The translations under genes and the position numbers were made by a program. 64,000 nt of DNA, taken from the NCBI GenBank assembly GCA_965153455.1, contig OZ234494.1, forward strand, positions 8,866,001-8,930,000, given 5' to 3'. This DNA comes from Sphagnum compactum. Its lineage: Eukaryota. Below the pieces are notes generated by a model. The model saw only the letters and a program-made list of their open reading frames with translations, was not told the origin of the DNA and did no database searches. This document shows positions 28,461-40,529 of the stretch, one piece after another; positions within the stretch are counted from its first letter, which is position 1; every line of letters starts with the position of its first letter.

Positions 28461-29889
28461 TAATAAAATGTGATGACAAAAAAATCATTCATTTAAAGAG
28501 TGGTTCAATGGTTAAGGATGTGTTCTTTAAACATGGAGGTAGAAAGAGGTGAAAGGTTCAAACATTCACACTTGCACCCTAGGTTGATGGGCAAGATGTT
28601 TAGGTGGGCTAGGTTCCTAACTTAGGTTAAGTTGCTTAGTGAAGGTTTCTAAGTGTTTAGCTTAAGTTTGTAATTAATTATTAATGAATTAATTATTGAC
28701 AATTTGACTATTAGTGAAATTAATTAAATATTGATGAATTCACAATATGCTAAAACATGGCATCCATGATTAGGACATTTTGCAACTATGTCTTTGCTAT
28801 AATGATGTAGTAGTATAGGCCTTGTCCTTTACCACTATCATAGGGTTTAGGACAAAAATATGACTACACTACTAGGATTAGTGATTGTAGTTGTTTAATA
28901 TATTGATACGTGTCCAATGTTAGCCACTATAGTCGTTTAAATACAACAACATTACTAGGTTTGTGATTATAATATAAATTCATAATGCATGCAATATGTA
29001 ACCATGCCCTAATTTCATTTCACCTTCAATGAAACTTTAATTACACATTCAGTTGTAATCAAAATGATCTATTAAAATTAATTTTGGTGCTATTAATATG
29101 ATAATTTCAATGTTGTATAAAATTTTATAATAATCGTTATTTAATGTAATTAATTTACAATGTGTAAGATTATTTATCATAACTTTTTATTCCATCAATT
29201 AGTTATAATATGACATATTATATGGTGATTCAAACCAATTTATAACTAATTTAGTAATTTATTTTACATATAATTCTCAATTTAATTGCCATATATTATT
29301 TTGGGCTTTCATTTATTACAATGGAAATACATGTTTAAGAAATAAAAAATGAAAACCCAATATTAATCATATGTGCTGATATATATTTAATATAAATTTA
29401 AATAATATAGTATATTACAAATAATATATTGCACTATAATGTAAAATTTTATATTTATTTGCGTGATTACATTTATTATTATAGATATAAATATATTTGA
29501 TTACATAACATAATAGAATATAAATATTAATTAATTAATTATAAATGATTTTACTAATTTATCATATTATTAATTTATAATTAATCAACATCTTTCATTA
29601 TTTTGAAACCAAATGAATTAAAAGAAAATTCCAAATTAAATAAATTAAACTGGAATTTTTTTTAAATGTTTTTTTATTAATCAGTACTATTAATTAGAAA
29701 GAATATTATGAGTTTTTTAAGGATGTTTTATATTATTAGCTAGCATGTTATTTATAAATATATACTTTAAATATAATTTAAATACTAAAAAATTATTTAA
29801 GTTATTTTGTTTTAAATAATAATAATAATATATATATTTCCCTCTTTGTATGGAGATTTATAAGCATTTTACATTTTTAATAATAGCTC

Positions 29890-30610
29890 TAGTCTTTGCT
29901 TGGGTATAGGTTGAACCCCTTAAATAGAGGCGTGACCTTGACAGTTGTAATGTTGAACAAAAGCTGATTGTTTGACACTCCCCAATCATTTTTATGGTGA
30001 GGGGACAATAAAGTTGATTTTATTAGTAACCACCTCATCAAACGAGTAGGAAGTTTTTTGTAAGCTTATCCAAACATGTTGCACTAGACGTGAATTTCTT
30101 TCTTGTTTAATTTTTGAGTTGTGGCAAATGGAATTTGCATGTAACTTGACCAACTTCTCAGGGTAAGATTAACATTTTGTATAATTATAACAATGAGGTT
30201 CTTTAATGTTATCAACTTGCGCACCTTAGTATGCAGAATGGCCATATTTTGTTTTGTGGGCTAGGTAGGATTGTGATATGATAATGAATTATGTTCAATG
30301 ACATGTTGAACTTGGAACAAAGCTCATAATTTTAATATCCTTAATTTTATAAAACCCTATTGGGTATTTACAACCTTGGTTTTGGCCTCTTTGAAGCCAA
30401 GACCACATTTTTGTTAAAATTTTGCAACTACCAATTTGACTACTTTTGTCAAGAAGGTCAACATGTCAACCTTAGTGATGACAAAATTGTATGTATACTT
30501 TTTCATGTAGCACTTGGATGTATACTTGAAAGGGGCTTTTGTGCATTTTAATATCACCGCTTTAAGATCATTGAAGGCGACATTAGCTAAGAATGGAAGC
30601 ATCTTATAAT
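29890..30610 (-). pseudogene. Decayed group II intron-type reverse transcriptase/maturase (RT subdomains 4-7 plus domain X), probably part of a NUMT
   Basis: LPFLANVAFNDL corresponds to SPLLANIALxGL, KYTYNFVIT to RYADDFVIT, and KF*QKCGLGFKEAKTKVV to FLxERGLxLxEEKTKI. It is followed by PTKQNM...IIQNVNLTLRSWSSY, which is domain X-like. Several stops are present. Confidence 0.65.
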
Positions 30611-30958
30611 TTTACAAAGTATGCTCGTTTAAACATATAGGAGTGGGTGTCTAATTGGCATTATACGATGAGGTTAATTGCTAGAAAGTAAAGCATTGAC
30701 ATTGCCATGTTTTTCATGGTAAGAAAACTTAGCAGAAACTTTTCATCTATTTTAGGTTTAGAACGCATAACACAACAAGTTGGGCCTAGTTGTTTTACAG
30801 GGCTATCGTATAGCGCTATGGAAAGTGTGCAATAAAAGACATAAATAAATAAATAAGATATTTTTTTCTTTGAATTGAGTTTTACACCCTAGTCTTTTAT
30901 CGATTAATGACCCAAGGGTCAATTTATTTTCATGTTTTTAGTTGACTTTGATTTTGAT

Positions 30959-31032
30959 TCAAGGTGATAGGGTTTGAACCTCTAGCCCTCCATACCCAAA
31001 ATAGATGCGTTACCAGATTGCGCTACACCTTG
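30959..31032 (-). tRNA. trnP: Degenerate plant-mitochondrial-type tRNA-Pro(UGG) (pseudo-tRNA, NUMT)
   Basis: Reverse complement reads CAAGGTGTAGCGCAATCTGGTAACGCATCTATTTTGGGTATGGAGGGCTAGAGGTTCAAACCCTATCACCTTGA. It has acceptor stem CAAGGTG/CACCTTG, anticodon TGG and a GGTTCAAA T-loop, and is close to plant mitochondrial trnP as I recall it. Confidence 0.8.
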
Positions 31033-33257
31033 GTTTATGTTCCCTAATAAATATTCTATGAATGCTTAGGGTGTTATCATTAATGGACATGAAAAAAAAC
31101 CAAGGTTAAGAAAAACAAAATTCCCACCACTTGGTTAATAAAAAAAATCCACTATTGTCTTATTCATTTTTTTCTTTAGTTTAATTGAGAAAAACATCTT
31201 TTTTTATTGAACGTTTATGACTGTTTCATCTTTCTTATGATCGCTTGAGGCTAAAAGGGTTAAATGATGTCATATGAAAGCTAAGCACACTAAATGTGCA
31301 TTACATTTGTTTATGTGGACACTTATGATCTAAGGTTAAATCGGTTGAAAGTTGGCCCATAAAACAAAAAAAAGGCATAAGTCCCATAGATATTGATTTT
31401 TTGATTTGCGCATATTCACTATGAGAAAAAAATGGTGTTTTCACTAGAAGAAAAACATGTATTTTTTACTAGTCTTTGCAACTAAATTTTAGTCGTAAGG
31501 GACATTTTGCAACTAAAATCCCTTTAATCGCCTAAAACAAGTCACATGCGATAAACTAATCGCAAATGACAAAGGGTACTATATGAAAGAAAAAGTCAAC
31601 AAATACATTTCATCCTTTGACTCCATTGTATACGTATTGTCACATGCGAACTAAGATGCAACTATTTTGGTCACAATTGAGGGCAAATGATGTGCTGCCA
31701 TGTGTTTTAATATTTGATTAGTTAAAATATTATAATAATTATTATTTTGAATCAATCTAGGACGTTCAATTCAAATACTTGGATGATCTTATATTATGAC
31801 ACGTGGCCTAATGTAAGTATGCCACATGACATTAAAAAAAATATTAAAAAATATTAATATTAGGTTGTAGGTACCTAGGTAGGTACATAAATAGGTGCCT
31901 ACAAACCTAGGTTACATATCAACCTACCTACTTAGGTTTAAAAATTGGTAGGTAGGTTTTACGTTCTTAGGTTAAATACCTACTCATATAGGTAGGTACT
32001 TAGGTAAGTAAGTACATAGGTCAACCTAGGTGGGTAGGTCAAACTGAGTTCCTACCTAGTTAAGTAGATAAGTAGGTTGGGAAGGTAAATATTTTAGAAA
32101 TGTGCATAATTTTATTTTTGTTTTGGGTTGAGCTTCTTGATTAGCTCATCCCATGTGCACAAATTTCTTAATGTGAAATTGGATGACCACACCCCCTTGT
32201 TTATATAGTGTTCAAAATAGGAATGAAGAATAAACAATATGGGATAAGTTTTGAACTTACAATTTCCTCACAAACTAAGTTGTAATTCCAAAACTTTCTT
32301 CATGCCTTACTTTTTTAGTTTTTAGATTTCTAAACAATTTAAGTACTAGATAATTAGATAATCATTTAATTAATAATGATTAAATTTACATATATTTAAA
32401 TTATAAATTATACACTACAAATATTCAATATTCATTATCAATTTACTTACATAAGTACTAACTTCTTAATATTTAACAAACTAACTATCTAGTTACTCAC
32501 AAATTATTAAACATAACTCATAAATAATTAAATAACTAAAATATTTTAAAATATTTAATTACTTTTTAGAATCTGATCGAATTATATATAACATAATTAA
32601 TGTAAAAATATTTAAAATATTTATGTTAAAATTAGAAGTAATGAATTAACAATTGCTATTAGAAAGTAACAAATTTTTGAAACATTATTATTCAACTATT
32701 TACATTACTTATTTTATAATTACATTTATTGTTGTAAAAATTATTATAGGTCACGTAATTTTTTTTCTCTTGGTAATTGTTAACTATAAATACAATGATT
32801 TGTTAAACATAACATTAATTTTCATAATTACTGTAAAATTACTATAAAATATTTATCGTAGATGATTAATCATAGAACTAAAAAATAATAATATTATATA
32901 ATAACTTGTGAAATAAGAATCAAAAAAATAATTATTTTACCAACAGTGTAATTTTTCCAAATTTTTAATTCAGGTTTGAAGTTATAAATTACAGAGTGTG
33001 AATAATTATGTTCAATTAGAAAATAATTATGCACATACTAATTAATTCTTATCTGAAATAATTATAATGATTTTAAAGTAATGTCACATTAATTATATTA
33101 ATTAATTTATGCTAATATAATAATATAAATTATATAACATACAAATATATATTATAACGATAATTATTTAGTGTAACTTAGATTTAATAAACATAATCAT
33201 TTATAATTATTTATAAAAGTGATTTATTATGGATTACACTAGTAGAAAAAACCTTTA

Positions 33258-33662
33258 AAACTCAATCAATAATTTTTTGAATTAAAATATAAATTTAAGA
33301 TTCCAACATAATAATTCAAAATTCAAATATCATTTTTAGATCAAGTAAGCTTTTTGAAGTTAAATAACAAATTTCAGAATTGGAATTTCAATTTTCAGAT
33401 TCAAATTATAATATTCAAAATTGAAATGTCCATTTTAAGACTCAGTTAACAATTTTCTGAATAAAAATATTAATTTCGAAAATCCAAAATATTAATTTGG
33501 AATTCGAATTTCAACTTTCAAGTTAAATAATTTCTTAAAATTGAAATTTTAAACTTCAGAATTCAAATATAATATTTCAAGTCCAAATAAAAATATTTTA
33601 AATCAAAATGTCAATTTTTAGACTCAATAAAGTTTTTTGAATTGAAATACTAATTTTTAGAT
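33258..33662. repeat. AT-rich ~360-bp repeat array, left part
   Basis: 33376-33662 aligns with 48617-48901 and 33258-33375 with ~48860-48975. The array is preceded by CACTAGTAGAAAAAA at 33237. Confidence 0.85.
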
Positions 33663-35118
33663 CTTAGAGGTCCAGAAAGAGTGTGCAACATTGCGAACCA
33701 ATCTCATGTCACTGCAGAGCTCACGTACCATGCTGGAAGCCAGCCTAAAGGATGAAACCTCTGCCCGCTCACAACTGGTGTCACAACTCTTCAATTTGCG
33801 CAAGGTGCTATTTGAACAGTCCTCAAAATTTCTGCCCATTTTTCATGGCATTCTCACTTTTTATCTTGAAGGCTTAGCTTATTGTCTACCAGAGACTAAT
33901 GAGTCATTGGAAAATGATGCAGGAGAATGAGAGGATGAAGACTGAACTTGAGACATTGAAACTCAATCAGAAGGTATAACACCTCTTAGGGCACTCCGTA
34001 AATTCTGCTTTAATCATTCCTGTGGTCTCTAAATGACTTCTGCCTGTGCTATGTAGTTCAAAAGATCAGAAAATGTTTGAGTGCGTAACTAAAGAATTGC
34101 TCTTCTCAACTTTTGAAGGTTGTTCAGATTGCCACCCTTGGCCTTCACATGAAAATGAAAGTTGAAAAAATTGTGTTGCTGAAACAGTGTCTTGTGGTTC
34201 AGTTTTTGGTTAGGCAGCCAAGAGGGGGGCGAATCGCAGCAGAGAAGATGGATCTGATGAACACAGTGAACCAACTGTTGGTGGAGATGAACAAGTTAAA
34301 GGAGGAGAAGGTTGCACTTGAGGAAGAGGTTAAAGTGCAGCGTCACTCTCAAGTGCATGACTATGTGACACGTACTGTCACTGCACGTGATATTGCCTTG
34401 GCTGCTAGTAACAAAGTAGCCCATCTGGCCTATTACCCCTTGTTTGTTCAGGAGGGTGTCATTTTTATGAGAGTTGATAAGATGCAAGTCTCCTGTGAAC
34501 TTGCTTCACATCCTTCATGGATGAGAAGGAAAAGGAGAGGATGACTAATGGGCGGGGTGTAATATTGAGTGACACAGGTAGGTGATGGAGAGTTAGCAGG
34601 GAAGCTGGCAAATACAAGGCTCAAGCAGCTTGCCCAAGCGAACTCGATGTTTCCAGTACCATCTCAACTGGGGATGAGCAAAAGCCCTCAATATAGCACC
34701 ACCATGAACAACCTCCATCTGCTGGGGGATACAATGGTGATGAACAATGACATGCAAGAATCTGAAAGTCATGTTGAAACTCCCATCAGAGATGATTTTA
34801 ACAGGTACTGTGCTTGACCTCTTGCTCTTGCAACAGAAGTATGGAAATCTCCTTTTGTACTCTTAACTCTGCAAAATGTCTTCTGAACATTGTACCATTG
34901 GGAGAACATTTGGCACTCAAGCTGAGATGCATCCCATTGAATGACTCTAGCAAAATGCAACAAACACATTGTCGTTGTGATTCCTGGATTCATGTGTGTA
35001 CATTTTGATCATGGCCTCTTGCAGGAACCAGTATTCACAACAAGGTCCAAAATTGTCAATGCACAGGATTGGGAGTGGAGGTTTGGTGCAACTTGCAGGT
35101 GAGAGATTCTTGAGTTGA
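33661..35118 (+). pseudogene. 5'-truncated multi-exon gene for an unidentified coiled-coil protein (3' exons only)
   Basis: Exon-like blocks with AG/GT: 33661-33804 (ILEVQKECATLRTNL...NLRK), 33923-33973 (ENERMKTELETLKLNQK), ~34218-344xx, 34578-34804, and 35025-35118 ending in TGA. No upstream exons; the block abuts the repeat array. Confidence 0.6.
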
Positions 35119-36023
35119 AATTCTGTTGTAATTGAGTTCTACTATGCTTCAATGGATTGTCTCTCTTTTGCTCTTCTTATGTTGGGTTGAGTTTCACATG
35201 TGCAGCTTTTTGCATATTCTTCTGCTGTAATTATCAATTTGTATTTTTACATATGCCATTGTAAAATATATACATATACATATTCAATTCTTCGGCTTTG
35301 TCTTCCTTCCAATATCAGCATTCCAGCATTCTATTGTAAAGTCGGCAACATCCCCTTCGCATGAACATGCTGCTTATGAACACTCCAAATTCACAGAGCT
35401 CTGCCCTGTGAAATTGCTGGTTTGAAAACAAAAGGCCAGAGTGAACCAACAAGGGATGGATGATGGGTGGACGGGGAACACTTTTCCATCAGGTTCCAGA
35501 TAATTATGGTGGTTATCTCAGCTGCTGTTTTTACTACCTACCTACTAACAAACACACCTGCCCTTACCTATGTACTAACCATCTACATGCATCTACTTGT
35601 ATTCACCTTTTCTCCTACCTACATACAAGATCTTCCCTTTACACAATAGGTTATGTCATAACAGGCTTCCAATGGATGGTGCATTGGTGGCTGTTGGTTT
35701 GCTCTGGACCACTGGTCATTGTATCGGTAGTTCTTGAATCGAATGTGTAACTGTTCAATAATATTCGACACAGTTGAATGCTATCATTCTCAGGGTTCTG
35801 GGATCCTTTTCTGATATTTGGAATGATCCTGATCATGGTGCTGATGATCCTTGTTGGTTAATGCCTAATTAATTATTAAGATATTTGCCTCTCTCGATTA
35901 TCTCTCTTGTGGATGCTTTCATCCTGTTTGTAGTCAATGCTTTCATTGTAAAGAATACTCCAATCAATCCTCCAATCAATCCATGGCCATGATGGAAATA
36001 AAGACAACTTAACCTAAAAATAG

Positions 36024-36172
36024 CAGTGGTGTCGATTGTGTATGTGTCAGTGTTTCATGGTTATCTGGGTTGGTTTTTGCGAAGATATCCAATATGTTAA
36101 ACATCAATGGGTTAACTTGTAAGGGTATGTCATTACCTCATATAGCTAGTTCTAACTTCCATCTGGGTCATA
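36024..36172. repeat. 149-bp direct repeat, left copy, flanking the Helitron
   Basis: Identical by eye to 46442-46590. Confidence 0.95.
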
Positions 36173-36525
36173 TCTACTTATATAATATCCTTGGTTTTGT
36201 CCGCTTGCGGTTGTCGTCCTTTCCATCCATCCGTCCCGTCATCCGTCGTCATCCGTCCCATCATCCGTCCCCTCATCCGTCCCGATGACGGCCATCGGTG
36301 CTATTCGCTAAGGTTATCGCTTGCCTCCAAAGAGACAAATAGCTGGGGCTACTGTGTCCACATTCAGAACGTGTGGTTCTGCCTTGTTGCTTTACCCGCT
36401 CTTGCGCCTCTTCTTCTTCTTCTTCTGCTGGTGAATTGTGTGTCAATGGGTGCACTGCATGTGTCATGTAGAAGGAAGGGAATGGGAGAAAGAAGCAAGA
36501 GAGAAAGCCATGGAGTGCAGAGAAA

Positions 36526-36561
<36 letters not shown>

Positions 36562-36634
36562 AACAGAAACACCAGGGATGTTGTTGTGCGGGACAGTTTT
36601 GAGAACACTGGTGCAGTCGTCACCGTCTTCAGCT

Positions 36635-36899
36635 ATGGCCAGCAGTAGCGGCAGCGCGGCAGCATAGCAGCAACAGCCGTAGCCGCAGCAGGAGGAACAG
36701 CAGTAGTAGCGGTCTCCCACCAGCATTAGCAGCAGTAACAACGCACGCTACGAGGAGTAGTGTTCGACATGGATGGGACTCTGACGGTGCCTACCATTGA
36801 TTTCGCCTCCATGTATAGCAGGGTGTTAGGAGATGACCATCCTCCGATTGTTTCCGGCTCACCCATCGACATTCTGCATGAGATTGCAGAGTGGAGTCC
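36635..36899 (+). pseudogene. Captured first exon of a HAD-like hydrolase (At2g33255-like)
   Basis: RTLRGVVFDMDGTLTVPTIDFASMYSRVLGDDHPPIVSGSPIDILHEIAEWS contains the HAD motif I DxDGT. The upstream poly-Q tract carries CAG>TAG stops and a frameshift, and the fragment is truncated at ~36900. Confidence 0.8.
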
Positions 36900-37290
36900 C
36901 TGACCTGCTGACCCTGACTTGCGGCGTCGGAGCTGAAGGTGGCTTTTGCATTTCCTACCGGTTGTTCAACAACATCTCCCATCCTTCTTCTTCTGCTGGT
37001 GCACCAAGGTCAGATCGCGCGGCCGCCTTGCAAGCTGACGAAGAAGCGAACCACGGCCACTACCCGCCACTGTCTGATGTCTGCGCTCGCATACTGCATC
37101 GATCCAGCTAGCACCACGCTGCTAAAAACGCCTTGGCCAACGAACTTTGCAGTGGGATTCTGTTGTTGGTGAGAACTAGAGCAATAAGAAGAAACATTCT
37201 TTAGCCTGTACTTAATGGGTCAATCGACTAATAGTAGTATAAATTGTGGAATTTTTCTGAGAGAATTTTTTTTTTCTCAATTTTGAGCAG

Positions 37291-37900
37291 GTCGACAGAT
37301 ACCGCTCCGAGCTGGATGAGTGTCAGAGTAAGCTCACGTCATGTCTCCAATCCCAAGTTGCATTGGAAAGGTACAGACTTTTCTCCGACTCTTCTTCCTG
37401 TTTCCTTTTGAAGATAATAAAGAAAAAAATGGGCACTTATACAGTGAAAATACTAAATTGTGGGTCATGTGCATGGGGTCATTGAGCAGGCAGGTGGGTG
37501 AGCTGCAAGGTGTAGTTGAAGAACTGAAATCAGAGGGATGTGCGAAGGAAGTGGATCTGAACTTGACTGCTCAAGTTGCTGTTGTAGAAGAGGAACAGAG
37601 GCAGAATGCTCGACTTATTGCAGACCTCAAGCTGGAACTCCAGCAGGTAAAATAGAGTTGCGCCTGTCCATCAACATAAAGAACTCAGTATGGCAAAAAC
37701 ATGACATCCAGTTTATAAGTTGGATTAGCAGTATTGGTATCCCTGTGGAGTTGGGAAAGTCTGGAAACTAATCATCATGATGTTAGCATGATGTGCAGAA
37801 CGCAGAAAGGGCAAAGCTGGAAGCAAGCAGGTGTGAAAGTCTGGAGCTTGAGTTAAAGGGAGCATTGCAGGAGTCACAGGACTTGCATTGCCAGCTTCAG
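37291..37900 (+). pseudogene. Three captured internal exons, with introns, of a coiled-coil protein gene
   Basis: Exons 37291-37370, 37490-37646 and 37799-37900 splice in phase without stops: VDRYRSELDECQSKL...QVGELQGVVEELK...NAERAKLEASRCESLELELK. Confidence 0.7.
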
Positions 37901-39361
37901 GTAAAATCAATTATTGCAAACTTCCCAGAAAAGGCATTTTCCACTTTCTCTTCTTCTTCTTCTTCTTCTTCTTCTCTCAGTGCTACGTTCTCTTCACCAG
38001 CAAGGATGTAAGGAGAAACGAGTTCCACTGGCGCAAGTAAGGCGGCTTCCTTTGATTTCACATGAATAAATATTCTAAGGAATCCTGCATCCATGGAAGT
38101 GCAAATTGTGTTGGTGTTGGAATTTGCATGATGATTTTTGCGGTGTCATTGGTTTTTTCTTACATTTAAAGTAAAAGTTTTTTTTTAAAAAGTTAAAGTT
38201 TTTTTTTTTTTTTTGTCTGTAGTGGAACTATTATACATTATATTTTTTGCTTATAATGTAATGTTATTGGTGTTGCAACCAAGAGTGTGCTCTTCTCTAG
38301 CAACAACATCAACTTCTTCCATGCAATGCAACACCTCATCAGCTAGACACCAATATGCAGGCCTATCTCTCAGATTCTCCAAGAAGTCTAAAACCAACAA
38401 TTATAGCCAGGGGAGATCTGAATCCAAACTCTTTGGTTCACAAAAACTCCCAATAGATTCATGTTCAATGACACTAATTATAAGCTTAGAACTTTCAAAG
38501 GCCTATTTTTAATGTTTAAGCGTAAGGTTGGAATTCTTTTAATAGTTAAGCTTAAGGTTAGAAGGTTTTTAATATTTTGGCGTAAGTTTAAAATCTTTTT
38601 AGGCCTAAAGATAAATCTATTTGGGCCTAAAGGTTAAAATCTATTTAGGCCTAAGGATTAGAATCTTTTTATTATTTTGACTTAGGATTTTTAAAAATTG
38701 CCATTTTGCCTTGGGTTAGAATCTTTTTATTGTTTTGACTTAAGATTAACAAAAATTTAGCACAGAGGCCTACAATTAGGTTTAAAATTGGGCATTCTAA
38801 AAAATTCCTGAAAAACATTTCTCAAAATGCTTGAAAAATATTCATTAGTTTGAGAATCTTTATTCTGCCCAATATATTTTGGGCAGATTATATAGGTTAT
38901 TTTTTTTCATTTTTGCTGAAGAATTTGGGAAATCAATAAATCCTATGCTCGGAAATATTCATGAGATTTTTTTTCTAAGATGCTTGAAAAAATTTCAGGC
39001 AATTTTGGAAATTTTAGCTTGTTTGGGAAAGTTATAAATGCTGATTTTTATAATTTCTGCCCAAAATATATTGGGCACTCTGAAAAATCTGGATGCTTGA
39101 AATTTATTGGCATTTTGGGAATTCTCATTTTGCTCAATAATAACCGGCACCTTATAAATGTTGAAGATAGTTTTCATTTATGCCCAAATTTTTGGGGCAT
39201 TCTGAAAATGTTCTCATGCTTTAGAAATTTTGGGCAATTTGAGAATTTTTTTTGTCCAGTAAGTTCGAGCAGATTATGAAGGTGAAAAAACTTTTTTTTG
39301 TCACTGCCCACCATCCCGGGTGCTCTTCTCACATGAAAGTCAGTATGTTGGGTAGACCAAC

Positions 39362-39535
39362 ATTAGGACAAATGTCTTGGCACCCTTAAGACAAATGTTT
39401 CACACCCCTAGGACGAATGTCTTGCTCTCTTAAGCCAAATGTCATCCATTCTCAAAACAAATGTCCCACGCCCTTAAGGTAAATGTCCTACACCCTTAAG
39501 ACAATTGTCCTATGCCCTTAAGACAATGACCTTGG
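39362..39535. repeat. Tandem ~21-22-bp repeat (CCCTTAAGACAAATGTC-like, about 8 copies) inside the Helitron
   Basis: Directly visible imperfect units. Confidence 0.8.
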
Positions 39536-40097
39536 GTCAAATTGTAATAGCCCCAAGCCATTGGACCAAGAATTTTTGTGTATTTGATACAAATACACAT
39601 TTAAAATAATAATAATACACGTATATTGGCTTATTGTTAGACCTCATGTCAAAAAAGTTTACCCCAAGACAAAACTAAATTTTGCATATGCATATTGGCT
39701 CAAGGTTGGAATATATTTACAGAATGTGGCTCAAAGTTAAAATCTTTTTTGGACACTTTGGCCTAGGATTAGAATTTTCTGAGCACTTTGGTTGAAACAT
39801 TTTTTAACAATTTGGCTTGAGGTTGGAGTCATGTACCAGTATGGCCCTTTTGATATTCTCCACACAGCTAAGGAAGGGCACATATTTCAAGAATGCCCTT
39901 GCGACCAAGGCATTAACTTAGGCATTAACTGTGCAAACACTTAGGTACAAGCAGAGCAAAGTTGGTTGTGATGAAGAATTGTGGGCACATACCTCAAATT
40001 GAGAATCCCAAGGAATATAACCGCATCATCCTCAATTTCCTGAAAACCTGCCCCCAAAACTCAACCAAGGATTGATTGATATTGATCAGTCTTTTAA

Positions 40098-40164
40098 GAG
40101 GATTATGATTTCTAGAGTTCCGACTTTTGGAAAGGGGACGCAATGTGAGCTCATTGCAGCCAAG
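40098..40164 (+). pseudogene. Adenylate kinase P-loop exon fragment, copy A
   Basis: RIMISRVPTFGKGTQCELIAAK followed by a GT donor. Confidence 0.75.
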
Positions 40165-40359
40165 GTGCATTGAAGAAATTTCCTGAATTGCAAATTGGAA
40201 AGCACTTCTGATGGAAAGAATATTGCTGTAAATTTAGCCAGTTTGACATTGTTTCTACAATTCTATCTTCGTTGTTGTCCAGGCAGAATTTCAAAGCGCT
40301 GCTGCTGCTGCAACATCATAATATTCGACTTATTGATTTTTCTTTTTTTTTTCCTCTAG

Positions 40360-40462
40360 CGAAATTAGTTTAGGCCTCGGTAGGAATGGAGGCCCTGAGG
40401 ATTATGATTTTTGGAGTTCCGGCATCTGGAAAGGGGATGCAATGTGAGCTCATTGCAGCCAA
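40360..40462 (+). pseudogene. Adenylate kinase P-loop exon fragment, copy B (chloroplast-type ADK-like)
   Basis: Polypyrimidine tract and AG at 40359, then ...MEALRIMIFGVPASGKGMQCELIAA, matching the ADK consensus GAPASGKGTQC. Confidence 0.8.
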
Positions 40463-40529
40463 CTTTGCTTTGAACAGATCTCTTCACCTATCTCCCCCCC
40501 CCTTCAACACAACAACTCTCATTAAACCG

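Noticed and set aside
30959-31032. Functional nuclear tRNA-Pro
   Set aside because: The sequence is organelle-type, has stem-disrupting transitions and lies in decayed NUMT context.
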